Of a stretch of DNA of 64,000 bases, positions 44,305-55,463 are shown in pieces. This DNA comes from Escherichia coli (lineage in GTDB: Bacteria > Pseudomonadota > Gammaproteobacteria > Enterobacterales > Enterobacteriaceae). The translations under genes and the position numbers were made by a program. The DNA lies in NCBI RefSeq assembly GCF_044647545.1, contig NZ_CP172818.1; one strand, 5' to 3'. Each line of letters begins with the position of its first letter. The first letter of the stretch is position 1. The notes under the pieces were generated by a model. That model was given only the letters and a program-made list of their open reading frames with translations. It did no database searches and had not been told where the DNA came from.

Positions 44305-46953
44305 ATGAAACTGAAAAAACTCCCCGGGTTTAGTTTATGACTTATTGCTTTGGCGGTGGGTAATGCATATGCAACACAATTGTTGGATGATTATAGTATA
44401 ATTTCCTATATGACTGATGAAGAATCGCCGATTGAAATCAAAGATAATAATCCGATAAGTAATGGAGAGTATCTAACCACTGAAGACGAAAGCCATGCTG
44501 TGAAAGTGGATGACGGTGTAACTGGATATATAAATAATGCCAGTGTGATGACTAGTGGTGATGGATCTTATGGTATTTCTGTTGATAGTCAAAACAAAGT
44601 ATTATATATAAGCGATAGCGATATTAAGACCTCTGGAAGCGTATCTGACAAAGAAAATGGAGGGATAACAGCCAGCGCAGTAGTCAGTGAATTTGGTGGC
44701 ACCATCTTTATGAATGGTGATAATTCAGTCGAGTCGGGTGGGGCATATTCAGCGGGACTTTTAAGCCAGGTTAATGATTCTGAAAAGATGGTAAATAACA
44801 CCCGTCTTGAAACCACAGATAAAACGAACATTGTTACCTCTGGGGAAAATGCAGTAGGTGTTCTTGCATGTTCAAGTCCTGGAGAGTCTCGAACATGTGT
44901 CGATGCTGTAGATGATGAAGTTAGTGATTCTAACAGTTACGAAGTTATTAGCCGTGCTGATTTAAAAATGAATGGTGGTTCCATAACAACTAATGGCATT
45001 AATAGCTATGGTGCTTATGCTAATGGGAAAAAAGCATATATTAATTTAGATTATGTGGCACTTGAAACTGTGGCTGATGGAAGTTATGCAGTTGCTATTC
45101 GACAAGGTAACATTGATATAAAAAATAGTTCTATTACAACAACAGGCACTAAAGCCCCCATTGCAAAAATATACAATGGTGGAGAGTTATTTTTTTCCAA
45201 TGTCACCGCGGTATCAAAACAAGATAAAGGAATATCAATTGATGCATCAAATATCGATTCTCAAGCCAAAATAGCACTATTAAGTGTTGAACTTTCAAGT
45301 GCTTTGGATAGTATTGATGTTAACAAAACTACAACGGATGTAAGTATCCTTAATCGAAGTATTATCACACCTGGTAATAATGTTCTGGTTAATAATACTG
45401 GAGGTGACTTAAACATAATTTCGTCCGACTCTATTCTAAATGGAGCGACTAAACTCGTCAGCGGCACAACCACGCTGAAGCTTTCAGAAAATACAATCTG
45501 GAATATGAAAGATGACTCCGTTGTTACCCATCTGACTAATTCAGACAGTATTATCAATCTTTCGTATGATGATGGTCAAACATTTACCCAAGGAAAAACA
45601 TTAACCGTAAAAGGTAATTATGTCGGTAATAATGGTCAGCTTAATATCCGCACCGTATTAGGTGATGATAAATCGGCTACGGACAGACTTATTGTTGAGG
45701 GTAATACTTCGGGTTCAACTACCGTCTATGTGAAAAATGCTGGAGGAAGCGGCGCGGCCACGCTAAACGGGATCGAACTCATAACTGTGAATGGCGATGA
45801 ATCTCCAGCAGATGCCTTCAGATAAGGTGATGCAAGGATTGCAGCTGGAGCTTTCGAATATCAACTAAAACAACAAGGCAAAAACTGGTATTTGACAAGT
45901 TATCAGTCAGTGAATGAGGAGGATAACAGCTCAGAGGGAAATTCAGAATCAACAGAAACGCCTACCCCCGTTCTGCGCCCCGAAGCTGGAAGTTACGTCG
46001 CCAACCTGGCAGCCGCTAACACTCTTTTTGTTATGCGTCTGAACGATCGTGCAGGTGAAACGCGCTACATCGATCCTGTAACTGAACAGGAGCGTTCAAG
46101 CCGACTTTGGCTACGTCAAATTGGCGGGCATAATGCCTGGCGTGACAGCAACGGACAGTTGAGAACGACCTCGCATCGCTACGTCTCGCAGTTAGGGGCG
46201 GATCTGTTAACCGGTGGTTTTACCGACAGTGACAGTTGGCGTTTGGGAGTGATGGCTGGTTATGCCCGCGACTACAACTCAACTCATTCCAGCGTGTCGG
46301 ATTATCGTTCGAAAGGGAGTGTCAGAGGCTATAGCGCAGGGCTGTATGCCACCTGGTTTGCCGATGACATCAGTAAAAAAGGCGCATACATTGACGCCTG
46401 GGCGCAATATAGCTGGTTTAAAAACTCGGTGAAAGGGGATGAGTTAGCCTATGAATCCTATAGCGCGAAAGGCGCAACCGTCTCGCTGGAAGCGGGTTAC
46501 GGCTTTGCCCTGAATAAATCCTTTGGTCTGGAAGCGGCGAAATATACGTGGATCTTCCAGCCACAGGCACAGGCTATCTGGATGGGCGTCGATCATAATG
46601 CGCACACGGAAGCCAATGGCTCACGTATTGAGAATGACGCAAATAACAACTTCCAGACCCGACTTGGTTTCCGCACCTTTATTCGTACTCAGGAGAAAAA
46701 CAGCGGTCCTCACGGTGACGACTTTGAACCTTTTGTTGAAATGAACTGGATCCATAACAGTAAAGATTTTGCTGTCTCAATGAACGGTGTGAAAGTTGAA
46801 CAAGACGGGGCGCGTAATCTGGGGGAAATCAAACTTGGCGTAAATGGCAATCTGAATCCGGCGGCCAGTGTCTGGGGTAATGTGGGCGTGCAGCTGGGTG
46901 ATAATGGCTACAATGACACCGCAGTGATGGTGGGCCTGAAATATAAGTTCTGA
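44305..46953 (+). pseudogene. ycgH: Autotransporter YcgH, interrupted by two in-frame stops
   Basis: A single frame runs from ATG 44305 (MKLKKLPGFSL*LIALAVGNAYA) to 46953. TGA at 44338-44340, TAA at 45823-45825. C-terminal beta-barrel ends in KYKF. Confidence 0.88.
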
Positions 46954-46964
46954 TCCCCGTTAGC

Positions 46965-46994
46965 TAAAAAACCGCGTCGATTTCATCGACGCGG
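46965..46994 (-). terminator. Terminator of ymgG-ymgD (hairpin shared with the ycgH 3' end)
   Basis: 11-bp stem accgcgtcgat/atcgacgcggt, with a T6 run on the minus strand. Confidence 0.75.
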
Positions 46995-47008
46995 TAACAT
47001 ATTAAATA

Positions 47009-47338
47009 TTATTTTTTGCCGATAGCACGCATGGTGTCATCAATTGCCGTGATCAACAGCATTTGCGGGTCTTTAGCGCAAACCTGATTCAGTTTTTCTA
47101 CCACTTTGGCGCTCAGTTCCGGAGATTGCTCAATTTTTAAATCACGGCTGGCAACGCTGGCATTACCCATTACCGCAACAATTTCTGCAACCTGTGCGCT
47201 GTCAGTTTTTGCCATTTCGTTGGCTTCTGCGCAAGTAATATAGGTTTCTGACGGCAAACCGTTTTTAATATTATAGTCCTGCGCCCAGGTCATTGGTGCG
47301 AAAACAAACAGACCCGCCAGTAAAGCAAATTTTTTCAT
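47009..47338 (-). CDS. ymgD: Periplasmic protein YmgD
   Basis: Three adjacent Met codons are present. ATG 47338 gives MKKFALLAGLFVFAPMTWA, a signal peptide. Confidence 0.85.
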   Translation of the reverse strand: MKKFALLAGLFVFAPMTWAQDYNIKNGLPSETYITCAEANEMAKTDSAQVAEIVAVMGNASVASRDLKIEQSPELSAKVVEKLNQVCAKDPQMLLITAIDDTMRAIGKK

Positions 47339-47347
47339 CATCATTCC

Positions 47348-47692
47348 TTATTTCATTTTACCCAGAATTGCACCACCCGTACCGCCAATCACGGCACCTT
47401 TAATCGCCCCTTCGAGGCCATTGCCGGTCAGAACGCCAGTGACAGCACCAACGGCGGCACCCACTTTTGCACCTTTACGCGCATTTTTACCGTCGCGGCC
47501 TTTTTCTGTTACTGCACCAACACCAGCGCCAACAGCTGCACCTTTCAGTACGCCATTAACACCATTGCCAGTAAGTAAACCAACGCCTGCGCCTAGCAAT
47601 GCACCTTTCGTGGTGCGATTCATATCCGCCATCGCTGGCGTGGAGCAGAACAATGCTGAGATAAGCCCGAAGGCAAGTATTTTTTTCTTCAA
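47348..47692 (-). CDS. ymgG: Glycine-zipper protein YmgG
   Basis: 114 aa with signal peptide and repeated GxxxG/GAxVG glycine-zipper segments. Confidence 0.85.
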
Positions 47693-47967
47693 CTTAGATG
47701 TCCGGTATTAAGTAAGTTGCACACACAATAATTTCGTCTTCAATTAAGATCGGCTTAACTAAAGAACGCTCGCTATTATTCAGATAATTCAAAATGAGCG
47801 TGACTGTGATGATAGGAATTATGTTTTTTACGGGAATAAGAATAATCTCAAATGAGAAATAACTCATTGATTGACAATATTTTTATTCAAGAAGTGTCAT
47901 TGAGTGTTAATACAATGTTGTAAAGGTAAGATAATCTGATTTATGAATATTATTGTGTGATTTTTAT

Positions 47968-48153
47968 GTGAGCAGAAAATATTCATCAGCAATGATTACA
48001 TTAGTCATTTTATTTTGCCGACGGCCTCATTGTCGAAAAATAAGCGTACAACAGTATTATCAGAAAAGAGTGATTTTTTATCCAACTACACTTCAGCGCA
48101 CTGCGTTTAAAAAATGCCTCTTTCTTATGCGGGATATCATTATTTCATCATGA
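47968..48153 (+). CDS. ymgJ: Small hypothetical protein (ymgJ-like)
   Basis: Part of the 66-aa track ORF. GTG 47968 would give 61 aa. Assignment is from memory of a small ORF at this K-12 position, with no motif support. Confidence 0.3.
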   Translation: MSRKYSSAMITLVILFCRRPHCRKISVQQYYQKRVIFYPTTLQRTAFKKCLFLMRDIIISS

Positions 48154-48168
48154 TGTCTTTGATGAGCG

Positions 48169-48612
48169 GTGAACACAATACACCTGCGCTGTCTCTTCAG
48201 GATCAATCCCCTGGTCTGGTGCCTGCGGGCTGATGTTGCAGCAGAGCTAAGGTCACTTAGACGCTACTATCATTTATCCAATGGCATGGGGTCGAAATCA
48301 GTCGATACCCGCAGTATATATCGTGAACTGGGCGCAACGCTGAGTTACAACATGCGTCTGGGTAACGGTATGGAAGTTGAGCCGTGGTTGAAGGCGGCTG
48401 TGCGCAAAGAATTTGTCGATGATAACCGGGTGAAAGTGAATAATGACGGTAATTTTGTCAATGATTTGTCGGACAGACGTGGAATATACCAGGCAGGTAT
48501 TAAAGCCTCATTCAGCAGTTCGTTAAGCGGGCATCTCGGGGTGGGGTATAGCCATGGTGCCGGTGTGGAATCCCCGTGGAACGCGGTGGCTGGTGCGAAC
48601 TGGTCGTTCTGA
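48169..48612 (+). pseudogene. ycgI: Autotransporter beta-domain C-terminal fragment (ycgI)
   Basis: Only the last ~110 residues are barrel-like (…GVGYSHGAGVESPWNAVAGANWSF, terminal aromatic residue). No passenger or signal sequence. Confidence 0.75.
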
Positions 48613-48624
48613 CCATCAACGATT

Positions 48625-48652
48625 AAACTGCGCTTCGGCGCAGTTTCCGTTT
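48625..48652 (+). terminator. Rho-independent terminator after ycgI
   Basis: aaactgcgc-ttcg-gcgcagttt followed by ccgttt. Confidence 0.6.
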
Positions 48653-48919
48653 ACAGGATGTTAAAAGAGAAAATTCTGCGGCAAAAAAAGCCCGCCAGTT
48701 ACGGCGGGAAACCTCATCCTATGGGAGAACAATGAATAATGAAATTGCGGGGTTATCATCTCCCAGCATACCCATACTAACAATAAGGTTATTTACTCAG
48801 CCAGGTATAAACAATTTGTTCTGTGTGGGGGGAACGGCATTAAGGTGTAAAGGGGGGGAAGCAATGAGTAGCATCAGCAAGAATACTCGCCGCTCTTATC
48901 AAACGTGGATGAGGGGGAT

Positions 48920-48951
48920 GAAAAACTCAAGGCAGAGATGACTCTGCCTTG
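48920..48951 (-). terminator. Rho-independent terminator of minCDE
   Basis: 10-bp stem caaggcagag/ctctgccttg, with a T5 run on the minus strand, about 27 nt 3' of the minE stop. Confidence 0.8.
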
Positions 48952-48977
48952 AAGATAAATGCGCTTTTACAGCGGGC

Positions 48978-49244
48978 TTATTTCAGCTCTTCTGCTTCCG
49001 GTAAGGTCACGTTCAGCTCAAGAATAGAAATATCGCCATCTTTTTGCTCAAGCTGTACGGTTACCATCTCAGGATCAATTTGTACGTATTTACAAATGAC
49101 CTCAAGAATATCTTTACGCAACTGCGGCAGATAATGCGGTTCTGCATCGCTGCGACGGCGTTCAGCAACAATAATCTGCAGCCGTTCTTTTGCAATGTTG
49201 GCCGTGTTTTTCTTCCGCGAGAGAAAGAAATCGAGTAATGCCAT
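48978..49244 (-). CDS. minE: Cell-division topological specificity factor MinE
   Basis: 88-aa ORF ([22 protein letters not shown]...). Confidence 0.96.
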
Positions 49245-49247
49245 AAC

Positions 49248-50060
49248 TTATCCTCCGAACAAGCGTTTGAGGAAGCCTTTCTTCTCTTCTTCAATGAAGC
49301 GGAAAGGACGTTCTTCTCCCAACAGACGTTCTACGGTATCTGCGTAGGCTTTACCCGCATCGGCGTTAATGTCGAGGATGACCGGTTCACCCTGGTTAGA
49401 GGCGCGCAATACTGATTGATCCTCAGGGATCACACCGACGAGTTTGATGCGCAGGATCTCCAGCACATCTTCCATGCTCAGCATGTCACCTCTGCTTACG
49501 CGGCCTGGGTTATAGCGCGTTAACAGCAGGTGCTCTTTAATAGGCTCTTCGCCATTTTCTGCGCGGCGTGATTTCGACGCCAGAATGCCTAAAATACGGT
49601 CAGAGTCGCGTACTGAGGAGACTTCCGGGTTGGTGGTAATAATGGCTTCGTCTGCAAAATAGAGTGCCATTAGCGCACCGGTCTCAATCCCTGCCGGGGA
49701 GTCGCAAACAATAAATTCAAAGTCCATCGCTTTCAGATCATCAAGAACTTTGGCGACCCCTTCACGGGTGAGGGCATCTTTATCGCGAGTTTGCGATGCC
49801 GGAAGAATATAGAGATTTTCAGTACGCTTATCTTTAATTAACGCCTGATTTAGCGTTGCATCGCCCTGAATGACGTTGACGAAATCGTAAACGACCCGAC
49901 GTTCACAACCCATAATCAGGTCGAGATTACGCAGGCCGATATCAAAATCTATCACGACAGTTTTCTTTCCCTTCTGGGCCAAACCAGTGGCGATGGCCGC
50001 GCTGGAGGTTGTCTTACCAACACCCCCTTTGCCCGAAGTAACAACAATAATGCGTGCCAT
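49248..50060 (-). CDS. minD: Septum-site-determining ATPase MinD
   Basis: 270 aa with deviant Walker A GKGGVGKTT. Confidence 0.97.
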   Translation of the reverse strand: MARIIVVTSGKGGVGKTTSSAAIATGLAQKGKKTVVIDFDIGLRNLDLIMGCERRVVYDFVNVIQGDATLNQALIKDKRTENLYILPASQTRDKDALTREGVAKVLDDLKAMDFEFIVCDSPAGIETGALMALYFADEAIITTNPEVSSVRDSDRILGILASKSRRAENGEEPIKEHLLLTRYNPGRVSRGDMLSMEDVLEILRIKLVGVIPEDQSVLRASNQGEPVILDINADAGKAYADTVERLLGEERPFRFIEEEKKGFLKRLFGG

Positions 50061-50083
50061 AGAAATTCCTTGTTAAAAAGGGA

Positions 50084-50779
50084 TCAATTTAACGGTTGAA
50101 CGGTCAAAGCGTTTTCAACTAACTGCAGTCGTGCCGCTTTGCCATAAAATTCTGCTGGGATTTGATCACTCAGCCAGTATTCACCTGCGATGGACACCAG
50201 TTCCGCCATCAGGTTCGTACAAAATATTTGCGTTTCCCGGTTACCACTTGCCCCTGCCAGCGCACGACCGCGCATCATGCCATAGACATGAATGTTACCA
50301 TCGGCAATCAATTCGGCCCCAGCGCTAACGTGGCTTGTAACAATCAGATCACATTGTGGAGCATAAATACGCTGACCGGAACGCACCGGGGTATCTATTA
50401 AACGCGTTTTTGTGACCGGCGTTGTATTTTGCGCTGGAGCCTGCGGTGCGGGAGCTGGACGCGGCGCTTTTTCCTTTCCTTCCGTCAGGATAGGCAGCCC
50501 CATTTTTTCAATTTCGGCTTTAAGTTGCGCATCTTTGCAGCCACTTACGCCAATAACCCGCAAACCGGTTGCCGAAACCGCCTTATGCATCGCTGACCAG
50601 TTTACCGGGTCTTCCAGTGCACTGACGTTGAGTACAACGGGGGCATGTTTTAAAAATGCGGGGGCCTGAGCGATTTTGTCTTCCAGCGCCTGATGGATAA
50701 CCTTAGGTTCTGCCTCATGCAGATGAACCACAGATAAAGTGAAGCTACTGCCTTTAAGCTCGATTGGCGTGTTTGACAT
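50084..50779 (-). CDS. minC: Septum-site-determining protein MinC
   Basis: Track ORF trimmed to ATG 50779 ([13 protein letters not shown]), 231 aa. Confidence 0.95.
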   Translation of the reverse strand: MSNTPIELKGSSFTLSVVHLHEAEPKVIHQALEDKIAQAPAFLKHAPVVLNVSALEDPVNWSAMHKAVSATGLRVIGVSGCKDAQLKAEIEKMGLPILTEGKEKAPRPAPAPQAPAQNTTPVTKTRLIDTPVRSGQRIYAPQCDLIVTSHVSAGAELIADGNIHVYGMMRGRALAGASGNRETQIFCTNLMAELVSIAGEYWLSDQIPAEFYGKAARLQLVENALTVQPLN

Positions 50780-51298
50780 CCTGGCCTTACTCAATTAGCT
50801 ATTAATCATCGCCAGCGCGCGATGATGTTCCGAAGACTATAAGGCATGTTATAGTCTGGATTATATTGAGGCAAGTCACCCTCCCATTTATTCAGAGTAA
50901 AAGTCTATTCTGTGATAAATGGCGCTGATACATAGCTTAAAAAATACCCTTGTCAATCAACCCATTGCCGTCGTACTTTTGATTGTTCTTATTTACGCTT
51001 CCTTTTTCCACACCCTAATCGTGACAGCATCTCCAGACCTGTTTAAATATCCAGTATTGAGGCAAGTGTATTTTTTCACCACGCCAGGTTTTCTTAACTT
51101 TCCATTTTTTGCGGCATCATTAAAGAACAGATACCCGTTATCTTAATATCCGCCACAGAATTGCTCTATCATAGAAACCGCAGAAGACGTCTGATACTTC
51201 TGTCAGGTCATCGTAACTCGTCCAGGTCAGCGGTTTTGATTACGGATTGATGACGAAATGAGCATAAGTGTTGTACGGTTGGATTATCAGGATGTGCT

Positions 51299-51667
51299 AT
51301 GAATATGATGCGTATTATTTATATCGGATTGTCAGGTGTGGGGATGATGTTCTCATCAATGGCGTCTGGAAATGACGCTGGCGGACTTCAATCTCCGGCG
51401 TGCGGCGTTGTTTGCGACTCGTATATTTGTGTTAACTCAGATGGCATTTCCCCAGAGTTAACAAGGAAATATCTCGGCGAAAAAGCCGCTGAAAACTTAC
51501 AATCAGTACAAGGTTACGATCCCAGCGAATTTACATTCTCTAACGGTGTATTTTGCGATGTTAAAGAAAAATTATGTCGTGATGATCGTTATTTTGGTGT
51601 AGATGGTAAGCGGAGTGGAAAAATCAATCAAACCACCACAAAGATGTTATTTATGTGTCGTGAGTGA
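51299..51667 (+). CDS. ycgJ: Periplasmic protein YcgJ (function unknown)
   Basis: 122 aa with signal-like N-terminus and several Cys residues. Confidence 0.8.
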   Translation: MNMMRIIYIGLSGVGMMFSSMASGNDAGGLQSPACGVVCDSYICVNSDGISPELTRKYLGEKAAENLQSVQGYDPSEFTFSNGVFCDVKEKLCRDDRYFGVDGKRSGKINQTTTKMLFMCRE

Positions 51668-51769
51668 TGTCTTGTTTACATGATGTTCTATTCGTCATTA
51701 ACCTCTTGAGCGACAGAGAGGAGTGGGGCGTTAACGTTTATGACGGGGAGAGTCCCCGTCGGTTGACAT

Positions 51770-52171
51770 TTACTTAATTTGAATATCGACGTTATATTTT
51801 TTAGTTTTGTTTTTACGGGCGTCGTTTCGGGTTTGCAGCACTCGCAGCTCATATTTGCCAGAAGCAGGGAGTGCGTATTGTCCGTGACTATCGAGTTCTG
51901 GGGAATATCTGGATAAATCAACAGAATCATCGATTCCTGGCCCGAAGAGGTAAGTATCAGCGCCTTCATTAGAGATACTCACATGCACTTTCTGACCTTT
52001 TTTGGCATAGAAGGTATATGTATCGTAATCGTATCCCTTTATTTCGCCGGAGTACTGAGCGCTGCTATGGCCTTTTCTGAACTCAACATTGACATTCTTA
52101 CCCGCAGCAAAGCTCGTGGAGGTTAGCAGTGCAAGCAACAATACAGCCTTACTGATGCCCTTAATTTTCAT
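51770..52171 (-). CDS. pliG: Periplasmic inhibitor of g-type lysozyme PliG (YcgK)
   Basis: 133 aa with signal peptide [22 protein letters not shown]. Recognised as YcgK/PliG. Confidence 0.88.
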
Positions 52172-52378
52172 TGGTAGTCTCCTGTTCAGAATGAGTACGA
52201 TGAACTGTTATAATATAACAATTCATCACAGGAGAATTCCAGTGGCTTTCCTGCGTTCGGTTAAATCCCGGCGCGGCATTTTTGCCGGGGGATCACTTAT
52301 TAAGGGCGCATGGACTGAACAAACCGCAGAAATCTACAGCTGGCTGGCTTGTGGCGCGGGTTTCATTGATGTTAGCTT

Positions 52379-52705
52379 ATGCCAAAACCTGGCATCTTAA
52401 AGAGTAAAAGTATGTTTTGTGTGATTTATCGAAGCAGCAAGCGTGACCAGACCTATTTATATGTCGAAAAAAAAGACGATTTTTCGCGTGTTCCTGAGGA
52501 ACTGATGAAAGGTTTTGGTCAGCCTCAGTTAGCGATGATTCTGCCGCTGGATGGGCGGAAGAAACTGGTCAATGCCGATATTGAAAAGGTTAAACAGGCA
52601 TTAACCGAGCAAGGTTACTATTTGCAGTTACCGCCACCACCCGAAGATTTGCTGAAGCAACATCTTTCCGTCATGGGGCAGAAAACAGACGACACGAACA
52701 AATAA
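52379..52705 (+). CDS. ycgL: YcgL-domain protein
   Basis: 108-aa ORF recognised as YcgL. Confidence 0.85.
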   Translation: MPKPGILKSKSMFCVIYRSSKRDQTYLYVEKKDDFSRVPEELMKGFGQPQLAMILPLDGRKKLVNADIEKVKQALTEQGYYLQLPPPPEDLLKQHLSVMGQKTDDTNK

Positions 52706-52776
52706 CCGACATCCGGCGGTGGCATTATCTTTGTCGGCGCGGGTTTTCATATCCACGATAAGGTGAGGGGAACGTT

Positions 52777-53436
52777 ATGTATCAACATCACAACTGGCAA
52801 GGTGCGCTGCTGGATTATCCGGTGAGTAAAGTAGTCTGTGTTGGCAGTAACTATGCCAACCATATTAAAGAGATGGGCAGCGCAGTGCCCGAAGAGCCAG
52901 TGCTGTTTATTAAACCAGAAACGGCACTGTGCGATCTGCGGCAGCCATTGGCGATCCCATCCGATTTCGGTTCAGTTCATCATGAAGTCGAACTGGCGGT
53001 ATTGATTGGCGCGACGCTGCGTCAGGCTACGGAAGAGCATGTCCGCAAAGCCATTGCCGGTTATGGCGTGGCGCTCGATCTGACATTGCGTGATGTTCAG
53101 GGAAAAATGAAGAAAGCCGGGCAGCCGTGGGAAAAGGCTAAAGCGTTTGACAACTCTTGTCCGCTTTCCGGGTTTATTCCCACGGCGGAATTTACCGGCG
53201 ACCCGCAAAATACAACGCTGGGCCTGAGCGTAAACGGCGAACAACGCCAGCAAGGTACGACTGCGGACATGATCCATAAAATCGTTCCGCTGATCGCTTA
53301 TATGAGCAAGTTCTTTACCCTCAAGGCCGGTGACGTTGTGCTGACAGGCACGCCTGATGGCGTCGGCCCGTTGCAAAGCGGTGATGAGCTGACAGTCACT
53401 TTTGATGGGCATTCTTTGACAACTCGCGTTTTGTAA
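52777..53436 (+). CDS. ycgM: Fumarylacetoacetate-hydrolase-family protein YcgM
   Basis: 219 aa. FAH-fold motifs ([27 protein letters not shown]). Confidence 0.88.
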
Positions 53437-53512
53437 TACTTTTTGCCGCCTGAAAGCGACGGCAAAACTTGCATCGCTGTGCCAGACTGGTTATAAGGTG
53501 CGTTTTAACGTA

Positions 53513-53974
53513 ATGGCGGAACACCTGATGAGCGATGTACCTTTCTGGCAAAGTAAAACCCTGGACGAAATGAGCGATGCGGAATGGGAGTCGTTGTGTG
53601 ATGGTTGCGGTCAGTGTTGCCTGCATAAACTGATGGATGAAGACACCGACGAAATCTACTTCACTAACGTCGCCTGTCGCCAGCTCAATATTAAAACCTG
53701 TCAATGTCGGAACTACGAACGTCGTTTCGAGTTTGAACCTGACTGCATTAAATTAACCCGTGAAAATCTGCCAACATTCGAATGGCTGCCAATGACCTGC
53801 GCTTATCGCTTGCTGGCGGAAGGTAAAGATTTACCTGCGTGGCATCCGCTGCTTACTGGTTCGAAAGCGGCAATGCATGGCGAACGTATCTCTGTGCGTC
53901 ATATCGCAGTGAAAGAATCAGAAGTGATTGACTGGCAGGATCATATCTTAAATAAACCTGACTGGGCGCAGTGA
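53513..53974 (+). CDS. ycgN: UPF0260 Cys-rich protein YcgN
   Basis: Track ORF trimmed to ATG 53513 ([13 protein letters not shown]). Cys cluster CDGCGQCC. Confidence 0.85.
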
Positions 53975-54180
53975 TAAATTTAATAGATGTTGATGGGGGC
54001 TTTCTTAATATACGTCTGGATGCTCGCCATTTCGTAGCCCTGTTTTTGAAAGCGCTCTGTCATAATGAGAGTTACCCGATACCTTATTATCAACAGGTAA
54101 CTCTCAATCTTTAAAAAACGTCTGTATTTTTAAATGTGATAAACTTTATACCTTGAGTACATGGAGAGAATAATCGCTGA

Positions 54181-55092
54181 TCAGACTTCAGGTACCTCAA
54201 AGAGTGTCTTCTTACCGTGTCTTTTCTGATACTCATTACAGGTGTTAATCATTTTTTTGGCCGCTTCTTTTAGCAAAGAAAGCATTAAATCATCATAATC
54301 AACGTAGAATCTGGTTGTTTCAGTTTCCGTTTTTATCTCCCCGATGGCGGCTATTTCGGTGGTTAATTTCAATTTGGCGGCATCGATATCTTTATTCGCT
54401 TGTTTAACCGTGTTAGACAGGGTGGTAAAGAAACTCTGCACAGATTTTAACTTGTTCTTCAATTCTGGAATCAGTTTCCCTTCAACTACGCCCGCAGCAA
54501 TAGAATAGGAAATGATTAAACCAAATGGACCGGCGACGACACCGGCTGCGGCACCGGCATACGCTTCCTTCCTGATTTTATCTACCTGTGACTGGAAATA
54601 GCTGCTTTTTTCTGAAAAATCATTGGTTAACTGGCTATCTAACGCCAGCAGTTTCCCGGAAGCGTTGTTGAAACTTTGTGAGCTTACCAGCAGGGATTTT
54701 TGCGCTTCATTCAGCTTCGTGATACCGTCATCCAGTACCTTAATGAGAATGTCTTTCTGGGCGGATGCTTTCTTCTCATTGTACTCATCAAATAGCAAAA
54801 TATACGCTGCGAGCAATTGCGTCGCAACACCACACCATTCATACACTGTTTGGGTTGCTTCAAAATACTTATCCTGGCTATCCATAAGTAAGGTTTTAAT
54901 ATCGCCAACTAAAACGGAGGCTGCCTGTGAATACTCCTGTTTAAAGCGACTTAACTCTTTTATGGTTTCATCAAAGGTCTGCCAGGGGATGACCTGATCG
55001 AGATATTTATTATAAAGATCTAATGCTCCATCTGCGGTTTCGATTGCGTTTTTAACTACCTCTACCGTTTTATCTGCAACGATTTCAGTCAT
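54181..55092 (-). CDS. hlyE: Pore-forming haemolysin E (ClyA/HlyE/SheA)
   Basis: Track ORF trimmed to ATG 55092 (MTEIVADKTVEVVKNAIETADGALD), 303 aa. Confidence 0.94.
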   Translation of the reverse strand: MTEIVADKTVEVVKNAIETADGALDLYNKYLDQVIPWQTFDETIKELSRFKQEYSQAASVLVGDIKTLLMDSQDKYFEATQTVYEWCGVATQLLAAYILLFDEYNEKKASAQKDILIKVLDDGITKLNEAQKSLLVSSQSFNNASGKLLALDSQLTNDFSEKSSYFQSQVDKIRKEAYAGAAAGVVAGPFGLIISYSIAAGVVEGKLIPELKNKLKSVQSFFTTLSNTVKQANKDIDAAKLKLTTEIAAIGEIKTETETTRFYVDYDDLMLSLLKEAAKKMINTCNEYQKRHGKKTLFEVPEV

Positions 55093-55218
55093 AATCATTC
55101 GCCTCTTTAAATATATAAATTGTAATGAAACTCCTGTTTTACAACTATTAAAGAATTTTACTTCATCTAATTCATAGTTAGCCGGGCGGGATGCGTCAAT
55201 GTCTTTATTTCTATTAAT

Positions 55219-55232
55219 ATGATAAATATCAA
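55219..55232 (-). promoter_or_regulatory. FNR/CRP-type site in the hlyE promoter
   Basis: The minus strand reads TTGATatttATCAT, a 9/10 match to TTGAT-N4-ATCAA, about 130 nt upstream of the hlyE ATG. Confidence 0.6.
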
Positions 55233-55424
55233 ACAATGTTTAATGTCATTATGGCTGATGCTTCTATTCTATTTTTTAGCCGGGTGATATTTTTCATTTC
55301 TGCTGGATGAGCGTCGTCGCCAGAAGGCGCGTGAGCACAGGATAAGAGAACGAAAAATCAGCAGTCTATGCAGCGACAAATATTGATAGCCTGAATCAGT
55401 ATTGATCTGCTGGTAAGAACAGAC

Positions 55425-55444
55425 TACTGTATATAAAAACAGTA
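55425..55444 (+). promoter_or_regulatory. LexA (SOS) box of umuDC
   Basis: TACTGTATATAAAAACAGTA is a perfect CTGT-N8-ACAG palindrome 20 nt upstream of the umuD ATG. Confidence 0.93.
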
Positions 55445-55463
55445 TAACTTCAGGCAGATTATT

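Noticed and set aside
47421-47711. 96-aa plus-strand ORF rich in Pro/Ala/Thr.
   Set aside because: It is the antisense reading of the glycine-zipper gene ymgG (complement of Gly/Ala codons).
48732-48941. 69-aa ORF between ycgI and minE.
   Set aside because: It has no RBS, an unremarkable sequence, and overlaps the minCDE terminator hairpin.
50919-51146. 75-aa hydrophobic ORF between minC and ycgJ.
   Set aside because: It sits in AT-rich promoter DNA for divergent genes, with no RBS. I do not recognise it, so it remains a very low-probability small membrane protein.
51688-51969. 93-aa minus-strand ORF overlapping pliG in another frame. Likewise 57855-58217 and 58467-58781, which are antisense to nhaB.
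   Set aside because: These are shadow ORFs of well-supported genes.
54067-54105. 10-bp stem (gagagttacc/ggtaactctc) with a 19-nt loop downstream of hlyE and ycgN.
   Set aside because: The loop is large and there is no T-run on either strand, so it is not convincing as a terminator.
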